Shown one piece after another: positions 24,769 through 35,727 of a stretch of 64,000 bases of DNA; positions within the stretch are counted from its first letter, which is position 1; each line of letters opens with the position of its first letter. Source of the DNA: Eledone cirrhosa (taxonomy: Eukaryota). The DNA lies in assembly GCA_964016885.1 (NCBI GenBank), contig OZ024740.1:437782001-437846000 (forward strand), read 5' to 3'. The translations under genes and the position numbers were made by a program. The notes below the pieces were generated by a model, which saw nothing but the letters and a program-made list of their open reading frames with translations, had not been told where the DNA came from and ran no database searches.

Positions 24769-25616
24769 CTGGATAAAAAGTATCAGAGATATTGTCAAGT
24801 GTTAATAGTAAAATTAATTAAGAATAAAATAATATATGGGGATTGTGAAGAAATATTTTTCCTAAATATTTTCATGTTTTCAACTAATCCAGTCTCCGAC
24901 ATGCTTGCAATCACCTTCTTTTCCCAAAAAACGGAATGAGGAGGGGGGGAGGGGTAGAGGGAAACACCTTGGATTTTCCCAGCTTCAGAAATTTCTTCAG
25001 TTCAAATAACAGATAAGCACTTCTCAGTCGTTTAAATTTATGGAAAAGCAATCCCTTGATACTGAAGGATGTTTTGATCCTTTATCATTTGGTACTGTTG
25101 TGGAAAGCGTTGTAAGTTTAATTAATTAAGTGTTCCCCAATTTACAAATCCACCATTCCAATGAGGAATAGCTGTGTGAAAGAGCAGCCCTTGCCCCAAA
25201 AAACATCACAGTGAATGCCAACAACAAAATCTCTCATAAATGATCCCTTGAGGTAGCCAGACCTATAAATCTATTGACACTAAAAACATTGTATATACTG
25301 AAGTCCTGTGAATATTTTATAATTTTTGTAGAATACATTTTCCTTTTATTTTCGTTATTACTTTCTGTATTAAGATATTCTAAATAAAATTATGTTATAT
25401 AATATTTAAATACCTTTTATTCTAAGGAAAATGGAAATTATGACAGATGACAATAGGTGCCTTATGAATAGATTTAAGCACAGTCAAACCGATGTAAAGG
25501 CCAGGAGGCTGCTAATATATATATATATATATTATATAACAGACGTAAAACGGTGATGATGATGTATCTTTATTTTATATAGAAATGAGTTCTACATGAC
25601 CGATTCATTCATATAT

Positions 25617-27405
25617 ATCATCATCATCATCATTTTACATCCACTTTTCCCTGCTTGCAAGGGTGGGATGGGTCTTATTCAGCACAGCATCTCTCCACTT
25701 GTCACGGTCCTTTGTCATCTCCACCGTGAGCTTCAGCGATCTGAGGTCTGTTCTCACCACCTCCGCCCATGTTTTTTGTGGTCTACCTCTACCACGTCTT
25801 CCTTCAACTGGCATTTCCTGGCACTTCTTCACCCATCGGTCATCCTCCATGCGCATCACATGTCCATACTACCTCAGTCTCCTCTCCCATACACTACATT
25901 CTATCCCTCTCAGACACAGTTTCTCTCTCAACACATTTATGCTGGGTCGTTCACGCACATTGACATTGCACATCCAACGGAGCATGCTTGCCTCATTTCT
26001 CTCCAGCCGTCGCATATCCTCTGCAGTTGTTGCCCATGTCTCACTACCATGCAGCATCGCGCTCCTCACACAGGCATCATATAACCGGCCTTTCGTATGC
26101 AGGGAGAAAGCCTTCTTCGTCAGCAGCTCCCTAAACTTCTTCCAACCCGTCCTTATTCTAGATACTATGGCCTCGAAACACGCCCCTCCCATGCTAATCT
26201 GATCTCCTAGGTACCGGAAGCTATCCACCACTTCTATAGCACCCGCCTGCATTTGAAAAATGTGTCTATCAATGCGACTTCTACTGTTTAATTTCCCTGT
26301 ACATCTACTGCATACGTATTTCTCCCTACCTGTTAGTTTGCCTGCTATCCCGCTACATCTCTTGTGTACCCAGGATCTGCATTGTGTGCATTTTATAGAA
26401 TTTATGCCAGTTCCTTTTCTGCATATCGAACATGGCCATTTCCCTGACGGAATCAGAGTTTTGTCCTCTTTTCTACTCATCAACACTTTTGTCTTAGCTA
26501 GGTTCACTCTCAGTCCTCTTGCTTCCAACTGCTGTTTCCATAGCCAGAATTTATTCTCTAGCTCCTCTACTGATTCTGCTATAAGAACCAGATCGTCAGC
26601 ATAGAGAAGTTCCCATGGACAGCCAGTCTTAAACTCCTCTGTTATGGCTTGGAGACTATAATGAACAAGAGCAGGCTGAGGACTGAACCTTGATGTACTC
26701 CTACTTGTACCTGGAATTCTTTACTAAACTCCATTCCTACTCTGACTTTACTGACAGTACCTCTGTACAAAGTTTGCACTGTCCTCACAAGCCATTCCTC
26801 AACACCTAGTTTCCTTAGGGACCACCAGATGACAGATCGGGGTACCCTATCAAAGGCCTTCTCTAGGTCAACAAAGGCTAAGTATAGTGGCTTATTTTTC
26901 TCTAAGAACCTCTCTTGTAATTGTCTCACCAAGAAGAGGGCATCTGTTGTACTCTTCCCAGGCACAAAACCAAACTGCATCTCATCTAGTTTGACCCTTT
27001 CTCTAATTAGTTGTGCTAATATCCTTTCTCCCACTTTCACAATCTGATCCATCAGTTTTATACCCCTATAATTGCTCCTCTCCAGAGCATCCCCTTTACC
27101 TTTGTAGCAATTTATGAGAATACTGCTGCACCAGTCTTTGGGTATGACACCACCATAAATAGCCTGATTGATGATGCGTGCAACCAGTTTAGTGCCTACA
27201 TCCCCTGATGCCTTCAGCATCTCAGCAACTATCCCCGATGGTCCAGCAGCCTTACCATTTTTCATTTCCTTAATCGCCTCTTGGACCCTATATTCGTCAA
27301 TCTCAATAGCTGGTCCCTGTCAGATCTACTGAGGGTAATTTCTCTCTCTCCCATTCGTTCTCCACATTCATCAGTCTCTCATAATGACATTTCCAGGCCT
27401 CCTTT
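25617..27405 (-). mobile_element. Young 5'-truncated RTE (family C) with nearly intact RT
   Basis: ORFs 26642-27265, 25869-26528 and 25635-25859: NYRGIKL, QFGFVPGKST, FVDLEKAFD, GVHQGSVLS, LLYADDL, FRYLGD, GSETW. Few disablements; (CAT)n tail. Confidence 0.95.
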
Positions 27406-27538
27406 TTTATATATATAATTATATATATATATATATATATAATTAATCATCATCAAATAATGTCCATTTTTCCATGCTAGCATGGAAAAATGGCCATTAT
27501 GTATATGGAAAATAAGTGTAAAAAAGTAGCTAACTTAC

Positions 27539-27636
27539 ATCACCTTCTATATAATTGCCAGTTTTTATAAGACAGGATGAGCAAATTTTCTGCTCTTTTT
27601 CAACTTGATCACCAACCTTCACTGTTACATTGAAAT
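27539..27636 (-). CDS. Exon D of the unknown minus-strand gene (98 nt, phase 1 to 0)
   Basis: tgtttgtttgtag|AT TTC ... GGT GAT|gtaagt; FNVTVKVGDQVEKEQKICSSCLIKTGNYIEGD. Confidence 0.75.
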
Positions 27637-27982
27637 CTACAAACAAACATAAAATATTTTGTACTACTTAAAGAAATAGTTAATATATTTTAATTTAAAT
27701 TGTCCCTACTTGCAACAATTTTTTTCATTTGAGTAAATTTAGTTCATATTTGTCAGTTTTAATCTAGATTTAATTTTTCATGTCCTGTACCACATGAAAC
27801 CATGTTAGCAAGGAATCCTTGAAATATGCAAAACAGTAAAATAACACTATAATTACTTCACATTAAACATTAATGTCCTCACTCTAATACTGCAAACTTT
27901 CACAATGATCTGTCCACTACTAAAGATATAAACATTTAAATTAATAATCCCTCTTTGTTTTATATTTTGTGCTAAATCACTA

Positions 27983-28170
27983 AATAATTGTTTCTACTTT
28001 AGGCACAAGGCCAGCAATTATCCAGTGCATTACTGGTACTTTATTTTATCGACCCCGTAAGGATGAAAGGCAAAGTTAACCTCGGCGGGATTTGAACTCA
28101 GATCATAAAGGGACGTAACTCTATGCTAGAAAGCATGGCGTCCAATCCTCTACCGATACTGCCAATGCCA
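27983..28170 (-). mobile_element. Young SINE family 1 copy
   Basis: Near-identical reverse complement of the copies at 32539 and 32933. Confidence 0.9.
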
Positions 28171-28339
28171 ATTAATAATGTTAACAGTTGATAAGAGGTA
28201 GTGTCATGAATGCAGGACAAGATCCATTATACAGAGAGGGAGGAGAGAAAATCCCTATTTAAAATTGTTAATAGATTTATTAATTATTGGTTGACTTTTA
28301 TGAAACATATTTTATCTTAAACAGTATAATCGTAGAAGT

Positions 28340-28640
28340 ACAACAGTGTTAACATTCTACATAGGTACCACCGTTGTCTACCAACATTTATAATCCCTGA
28401 GCTATATCCTTGACTGACTTCATCAGGAACTCAGGCAGTATGTTGGTCAATACATGACAAATATATTCTTCTAATTGAGTCAGAGGTTTTGTTTTGGGGC
28501 TATAAACTTCTTCCTTTGCCCTGGGAGGTGGGGGGCTTTCTAGGTGGACACTATAATTCACAATAATTTTAAGCCAGAGTTTCTGAATAAGACTATCACA
28601 GTAAATTATTTCTATATTTGAAGGTGGACTATTAAAAAGT
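28340..28640 (-). mobile_element. Tc1/mariner transposase C-terminal remnant
   Basis: AKEEVYSPKTKPLTQLEEYICHVLTNILPEFLMKSVKDIAQGL*MLVDNGGTYVE matches the Tc1/mariner C-terminal pattern KxxVY..KPxTLxxL...GGxxE. Confidence 0.6.
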
Positions 28641-28794
28641 AAGGAAGAGAGGAAGCAGTACCTTCTAATGTATGCACAACCCCAACCTTCACCACACCAC
28701 ACCATGTGACACATTTGGTTGATAGTGACATAAAAGAGAAACCCCACCCCACTATATCCCACACATACCTGGTGACATGTCTGGCTGACAGTGA

Positions 28795-28950
28795 TTAATA
28801 TAATAATAATGAAATATTGTGTACAGTGTTCAGGTGCACTACAACTCATCAAAAAGTGTATGTATAGTACATAGGGTAATGTACAAACGTCAGGAAAATG
28901 AACAGTGCATGAGTCATGATATACACATGTGTGCATGTGTATGGAAGAAG
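28795..28950 (-). mobile_element. CR1 3'UTR fragment
   Basis: (TAA)n followed by TTGTGTACAGTGTTCAGGTGCACTACAACTCATC, as in the other CR1 tails. Confidence 0.85.
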
Positions 28951-29068
28951 AGAATCTATGTAGTTAAAAACTCAAGGTGATTGATCAGAACTGTTTCTGT
29001 CATTTTTCAGATATTGAAGTCTAAAGAAAACTTAGAGAAACCTATGACATGTTTAGCTTCCTCTAGTG

Positions 29069-29211
29069 CAGGTCTTGGTAACATTTTCCAAGCAGTGGGC
29101 CACACAAGATTTGGATGAACATAAGGCTGGCCACACTACTAAAATGTTGAACTTAGGCATGGCATTCAGAAAACAAACAAGTTGCATGTGACCACAATTT
29201 CTCCATGACTG
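29069..29211. mobile_element. hAT (Charlie-like) MITE
   Basis: CAG...CTG termini; 8-bp flanks CTCTAGTG / ATCTACTG (6/8 match, NTCTAGAN-like); internal GGGCCACA. Confidence 0.5.
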
Positions 29212-29293
29212 ATCTACTGTATCTAGGACAAGTCATTCTGAGTGAGTAAACCTCTCTCAAATGTACCTAAGCCATAAAAATTAAATGCCTTAC

Positions 29294-29357
29294 CTACAGA
29301 CACAAAGTAGGTAATGGGATATGAAATACCAATCATTTCACTCTTTTGTGAGTATTT
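29294..29357 (-). CDS. Exon C of the unknown minus-strand gene (64 nt, phase 0 to 1)
   Basis: atttcactag|AAA TAC ... GTA G|gtaagg; KYSQKSEMIGISYPITYFVSV. Confidence 0.65.
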
Positions 29358-29530
29358 CTAGTGAAATACGCTTTATTTCAATTAATCAATGAAGATTTTT
29401 TTTATGGACTTACTAAAATTATTAATTATTTCATTACTAAATTAGTAACATATCATATGATTCTTATATAATTTATGTTGGAAAATTTTGATTTAAATAA
29501 GAACTCTTTAAAATGGAAGGTTTTGTTCAT

Positions 29531-29850
29531 AGTGGTTAGAGCATTGGCCTTGCAATCGAAAGGTTGTGAGTTCAATTCTCAGACCGGGTGATGTGTGGTT
29601 TCCTTGAGCAAGACACTTTATTTCACATTGCTCCAATTTACTCAGCTGTAGAAATGAGATGATAGGGACTGGGGTCCCTATCATTCCACTGCAAAGTGGT
29701 CGTGCAGGTGCCACGGCAAAAAAGCACCCAGCACTCACTGTAAATGAGGTTGGTGTTAGGAAGGGCATCCAGCTGTAGAAATCAAGCCAGAATCAGTTCC
29801 CGTCCCACCCTTGCAAGCAGGGAAAAGCGGACGTAAAATGAAATGATGAC
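29531..29850 (+). mobile_element. Chimeric retro-element: SINE family 2 head + RTE-B 3'UTR segment + RTE-C terminus
   Basis: tRNA-like head and CCTTGAGCAAGACACTT (29531-29660), then AAAAAAGCACCCAGCAC...GTTAGGAAGGGCATCCAGC, then CCCACCCTTGCAAGCAGGGAAAAGCGGACGT. Confidence 0.75.
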
Positions 29851-30255
29851 ACAGAGCTGGTTTGGCGGGGTAGTATCAGAATTGTTAAGAGTATCAAACA
29901 TTTGATATTGATAAATTCAAGCTCTCGACTATTAGCTACCTAGCACTATATTGCAATGGATTTTATTGGATGATAGCAATAAATTCCAAAAATTAACTAT
30001 TTGGTAAGGACAAGGCAAACATTCTACAATTTGTAATAGATAGACAAATAATTTTATTAAGAAAGCTTTCATGGGCCCGTTGTGAAGGGGGAGGGGTTTA
30101 CTAGTTGGCTCTGCCCCATACTTTTAAATGGTGCACCTTCAGATTTAGAAAATTAAGTTCATAATAAAACATTGCAAAAAAGTCCCCTCCCCCCCATACA
30201 TAGAATGTTCTAGATCTCCCACCCCTTCCTCAAGCACCAAAGCCTGATAACGAAC

Positions 30256-30287
30256 CTGTACTATAACTTTCAAAATTACAAATATAT
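30256..30287 (-). CDS. Exon B (32-nt micro-exon, phase 1 to 0) of the unknown minus-strand gene
   Basis: cattatgcag|AT ATA ... GTA CAG|gttcgt; IFVILKVIVQ. Supplies the phase shift needed between exons A and C. Least certain exon, because its donor may coincide with a MITE end. Confidence 0.5.
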
Positions 30288-30411
30288 CTGCATAATGAAT
30301 AATGAATAAAATATTTAGATATTTAGGAGAATACTAAAGTGAAAATCAATTAGACGAGGAAGACATTGTATTTCAATAAGTGAGTAATTTGTAGCTTTTA
30401 AAATAACATAC

Positions 30412-30489
30412 AAGGTGAGAAGGTTTCAGGATGTTGTGTTATCGAAGATATTTCCATTTCTTCTTCCTTCCTTGGTACTTCATTGTATT
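30412..30489 (-). CDS. Exon A of the unknown minus-strand gene (78 nt, phase 1 to 1)
   Basis: tttttgtttcccag|AA TAC ... CCT T|gtatgt. Only open frame is YNEVPRKEEEMEISSITQHPETFSP. Confidence 0.7.
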
Positions 30490-32276
30490 CTGGGAAACAA
30501 AAATAAAAAGAACTATTGTTTTTTCTGTCAAGGAATATTTTCTGAAAAATAAAATAATTTAAAAACAGGTTTTCCAAATTATATTCTAACACTGGAATTT
30601 TTAATGGCTACAATCCTTAAAGTTCTTTAAGGAAGAATATAATTAAATTTCTCAAAATTAATATAAATTTTACATTTCATTCTTTTTATTATTACTACAC
30701 TGATCCAAATAATCCAGATTAATTAAGCTTATTTTCCCACCAAACAGTCCCAAACCTTATTGATTTTAGTCCACAAACAGTTGATTGTTTTCACAAGACA
30801 TTTTTCTCATGAATTTCTCATAAGAAATAAACAGTAAAGCATCACAAAACTAAGAACCTCAACCAATCATCTTTATATTAAATAGAAGCAAAAGAGTTAA
30901 GTGAATAGAATTCACTTAAGTTCATCTAGCTGATCAAAATAGAAACATTATCATCTGAAGATGTCATTAACAATTGACCATTATCTTACATTATTTGAGA
31001 GATATCTTTTGCTTTAAGATTATAGAGGAGAATACTAAGTGTATATTATCATGGCACCAACACTAGATGGGTTACCTTGTCCTCAGCAAGACTAAAATGT
31101 CCCATCTAATCTTATTATCCTCTCAGTTGCTACTACTAGGATACAATACTGGTGCTCTCTGTTAGGGCTGAACTGACTTGCCTGGTTTAATACTCAATGT
31201 TGTTATGTCACCAACTGTGAGATGATTGTCAACACTGCCACTAGGAGACAACAGAATTGTAATTGTAGCCAATGGCCAGCATAGTAGTAACTTAAACAAC
31301 TTTAGTAATATTAACTCTTAATGCTCTGTACTACTTAAGCAACTTCTGCTGGTGTCTTTGACAAAGCAATGTCAGGATTATCTCATTGTTTTTCATTTCA
31401 AAATCCTTTCTAGCAACTCCAATATTTCAGTGTATATATAAAATGATTTTGCAATATTTTCTCTATTTACAGACAAACAAATAGAACATATTTTGATTTC
31501 TTTAGATTATTTAACAAAATGCAAAAGAAGGAATCTGAAAAGAAAAATGAGTTATTACTGAATAATGGTGAAAAAGTTAATTTGGTTCATGTTGTTGATA
31601 CAATATATTCTATGTACTTGCATGATATGTTTGTACAGTTGTCTAGCAGTTGAATATCCACTCAAACGACAACACTATTTTGAAATAAAATACATCTTAT
31701 TTACTGTGACCAAATCATCTGATGACAATTGTTGGATTCAAAGTTTTTTTCAGTAGTACAACTTGTGTAGAACTAAATTCTTAAGTAACCGTTCTTTAGG
31801 TGAGTTGTTCTTATTGCAATTTGAGGTTTTAATATCTCATCTATTAGTCTTAAGTAGCAAACTGACACAACGACATCCTTTCTCTTGGACAGGGGACAAA
31901 ATTGCATACAGTTTCTTGATGGCTACTGAAAACAATCTAAAATCAAAGGTGGAGAACAAAAAAAAAGATAATTTTTTTAGGTTTGAAGCATATAGTTGCA
32001 TTGTTATATCGCAAACCCCTTTGAGAGAACACGTTTGTTTAAATTTTTATACCCATTCAGATTTTCAAGCCTATGTTATTTACAATACCATTATAGCTAA
32101 TAAGTTAATCAGGAACTTGAACCAAAATACTAACCAGACCAGATATGCTATGCTTAAATGTTATTTTCAACCATGTTACACATGTTTTAAGGAAGTTTTG
32201 GGTTGTATGAAATTCAGTGTGGAAATATTAACATGCTTCATGAATTAGCTATTTAATTTGTAGTATGTATGAAGGA

Positions 32277-33083
32277 TTAACCCTTTAGCATTCGCATTAT
32301 TTTTCAAATGTAATGCTTATCTGTTCGCATTATTTTGTGGAAGGGTGGTGGATTGGCAGTATTGGTAGAGGGTCGGACGCCATGCTTTGACGTATAGAGT
32401 TACGGCCCTTGCCTTTCTGAGTTCAAATCCTGCCAAGGATAACTTTGCCTTTCATCCATACGGGCCGATAAAATAAAATACCAGTAATGCACTGGGTAAT
32501 TTGCTGGCCTTGTGCCTAACGTAGAAACAATTATTTTGTGGATTGGCAGTGTCGGTAGAGGGTCTAACACCATGCTTTGCAGTACAGTTACGTCCCTTTA
32601 CGGACTGAGTTCAAATCCCGCCGAGGTTAACTTTGCCTTTCATCCTTACGGGGTCGATAAAATAAAGTACCAGTAATACACTTGGATAATTGCTGTCCTT
32701 GTGCCAAAAGTAGAAACAATTATTTTGAGTTAATCGAAATAATTGTTTCTACTTTTTTTGGCACACAAGGCCAGCTTACCCAGTACATTACTGGAACTTT
32801 ATTTTATCGACCCCGTAAGGATGAAAGGCAAAGTGAATCTCGACGGGATTGAACTCAGACCGTAAAGGGACGTAACTATGCTGGAAAGCATGGCGTCCAA
32901 CTCTCTACTGATACTGCCAATCCACCGCCCTTGATCTGAGTTCAAATCCCGCCGAGGTTAACTTTGCCTTTCATCCTTACGGGGTCGATAAAATAAAGTA
33001 CCACTAATACACTGGGATAATTGCTGGCCTTGTGCCTAAAGTAAAAACAATTATTTTGAGTTAATCATACTCAAGAGGGTTAT
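32277..33083. mobile_element. TTAA-CCC MITE remnant containing four SINE family 1 copies (+,+,-,+)
   Basis: Starts TTAACCCTTTAGCATT and ends GAGGGTTA. SINEs at ~32341-32535, 32539-32722, 32739-32932(-) and 32933-33053. Confidence 0.85.
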
Positions 33084-33325
33084 CAATTTTATTTGTTTGT
33101 AATTTTCTTAATTTTCTATGTGCAGGCTTGAAATTTTGTCAGTAGATGTTTAAATATCAATAATTTACAATTATATAATTTTACCTGATTTTTTTGGGTT
33201 AAATTTGACTTTTATGGGCAGGTGAAATTAATTAATAGGGGCATTTGTAGTATCAACCAGGTGCAAATACTGGTTTAATTTTAAATACGTTGTTTTCAGC
33301 ATAATACTTGATATATAAGGATCAC

Positions 33326-33765
33326 TAAATCTTATATCAGTGCTCCAGTAATTCCAGAATTGGAAATTGTTTTATACTGAACATAATATTTACGGTAAAA
33401 AATGCTTGCATTTCCGCATCTGTCGGTCGCCAAACAGATCGGGTTTTCCTCGATTTGAAATCTGTTGTTGGGCATATCGATTAATCTCTTCTGCCACAAC
33501 TTCGAAGAAAGTTTGTGGTAAAAACAAAAAGAAATAATCCAGTGCTTTAGCATTGGGAGCTAATGTGTGTTGTGGACCAGTATTTTGAATAAAATCGGGA
33601 ACATACATTGGTGTGGCATTTTTCAACCACGTTGCTGTAATATTTTCAATGGCGTCCTGGAGATCTCCTTCGTTTTCACTTTCAAAACAACAATCACCGT
33701 CGGATGAAATTTCAGAAATGTAAACATCTGATTCATTTGAAGATAAATCACTAATATTATCTAAT
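33326..33765 (-). mobile_element. piggyBac transposase N-terminal remnant
   Basis: Acidic SDLSSNESD tract, PDFIQNTGP, LDYFFLFLP, EEINRYAQQ, then frameshifted AEMQAFFTVNIMF and NYWSTD (PGBD-type motifs). Confidence 0.85.
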
Positions 33766-34820
33766 AATAATATAATGAAATTATTGTGTAAAGTGCTCAG
33801 GTGCACTACAACTCGTCAAAAGTGCATGCATAGTACATAGAATAATACACAAACGTCAGGGAAGTGAACAGTGCATGAGTCATGATATACATGTGTGCAT
33901 GTGTATGGAGGGGGAACATTAGGTGTAGTGTTGGCGAATCTCGGGAAGCATGGAGGCCTTAAAGGATGCAGTGTCTCGACAGCTAACAACCGATGCAGGT
34001 AGTTTGTTCCATGCTTCAGCAACTCTGAGCGTGAAAAAATGTTTCCGAAAGTCATGGGAGCTGTACTGTTTTCTGACTTTGTAGGCATGCCCACGTGTGT
34101 TAGACACATGGAAATCAAAAAGGTACTCAGGGTTGTTGTTGGCAAGATGGTTAACAATTTTGTGGGTGTTTACCAAGTCAGTTGCCAGGCGTTGGAGCTT
34201 CAATGTATCCATGACCAGGGAAGCAAGGCGCTCAGAGTATGGTAGATGCCTGATGGAGGGTATTCGCTTGGTTGCACGTCTCTGAACAGTTTCCAGGTGG
34301 TCAATGTTCTGAGCAAGATAGGGGTTCCAGACTGGTGATGCAAATTCTAAGTGTGGCCGCACCATAGCCATGTACAGCCTTAAATAGATAGCTGGAGAGC
34401 GGCTGACAAAGGTCTTGCTGAGTGATGCTAAGGCACCCTCGGCCCTGTTGACAATTTTAGAGACATGCTTCGTCCAATGCAAATCGCTGCTGACCGTAAT
34501 GCCCAGGTCACGTTCACAAGAAGACTTCTTGATATTAGTGCTGTGGAAGGAGTATGTGGACGCTGGGTTTTTACTCCCAAAATGCATGGTGGTTGTCTTG
34601 TCCACAGCTAGCTTGAAGTGCCAGTTTGAGATCCATTGTTGCATTGTGTCCAGGTCAGACTGCAAGCAAGATCTATAGTGTTCAGGATCTGTCCTTTTTA
34701 TTTCAAGGTACAGCTTGATGTCATCTGCGTACTTTAGTACTGTGGAATTCTTAAAGTTGGCATCTATGTCATTAATATATGCCACAAACAAAAGGGGACC
34801 AAGAACAGATCCCTGTGGTA
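33764..34820 (-). mobile_element. 5'-truncated CR1 LINE with an uninterrupted RT/C-terminal frame
   Basis: VPQGSVLGPLLFVAYINDI, KYADD, ERDLGI, VRPHLEFASPVWNPY, TRGHAYK, FFTLRVAEAWNKLP; 3'UTR and (ATT)n tail. Confidence 0.95.
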
Positions 34821-34943
34821 CTTTTGTTTCTTGTTCATTCTGAATGTTGTCATGTGTAAAACCTTCAAAGTCGGTATCGCTACTTTCACAAGCCATGTTG
34901 ATAAACCAAAAATCTGTTCTACTTTCAACGTTAAAAAAACACG

Positions 34944-35610
34944 TGAGAAATTAGGAATAAGAGGGATCAGATGCTGTTTACTTGAGCGTGAGCTACATTG
35001 GTATGGTCACGTGATGTGCATGAAAGACGACAGCTGTATAAAAAAAGTGCAGGCTGATCAAAATTGATGGAAGTGACGGAGTAGGTAGACCCAGAAAAAC
35101 CTGGGACGATTTGATAAATTCCGACCTTACACACTTGCACCTCTCTAAGACAATGTCACTAGACCGAGATATTTGGTGCTACGCAGTAATACAGAAGACC
35201 TGCCTTGCCTATGTACAAAGCAAAATCTACAGTCAGTAGGCACCTCTTAACCAAATATACACCCCATCCCACTACTCCTACTCCATCCTCCAAACAACCC
35301 TTTCTCTGTAAAGTTGGTACCACAACATCCAGGCCAAATAAATGAGATCGAGATTGTGTAGGTGTCACAACAAAAACACAGTCCACGCTGTAATGTGGTC
35401 GTGTAGGTAACACGGTAAAAAGTTCCCAGTTCACACTGTAAACATGGTTGGTGTTAGGAAGGGCAACCAGTCATAGAAAACCTGCCAAATAGTCCTATAC
35501 GAACAAGACACGGTCACCCGACCAATCTTGCCTCAAATTGGGACAACTCCCGTCTAACCCATGCTAGCATGGAAGATGGACGTTAAACGAAGATGATGAT
35601 GATGATGATC
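34944..35610 (+). mobile_element. 5'-truncated RTE (family B)
   Basis: EKLGIRGIRCCLLER..WYGHVM; 3'UTR closely similar to the 22682 copy; (GAT)n tail. Confidence 0.92.
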
Positions 35611-35727
35611 ATAGTGAATGAGAAACATAAGAGATGTCAACATGAATGGACCTGTTATTTTTATCTAAAGACATTTTTTCCAATTCCATCCCGCCCGTCC
35701 CCTTAATCTATTTTATTTCTCATTCTT

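Noticed and set aside
25013-25111. Plus-strand 99-nt exon (ISTSQSFKF...ESV|gtaagt)
   Set aside because: Weak acceptor and no partner exons found; could be chance.
29940-30023. Extra exon between B and C (CLPCPYQIVNFWNLLL...)
   Set aside because: Open only in phase 1; joining it to exon A makes TAA and it does not fit exon B or C. The donor is weak.
31763-32248. 161-aa plus-strand ORF
   Set aside because: Non-ATG start, no recognisable motif, low-complexity AT-rich composition.
32341-32440. tRNA genes
   Set aside because: The A/B boxes belong to SINE heads; no cloverleaf is evident.
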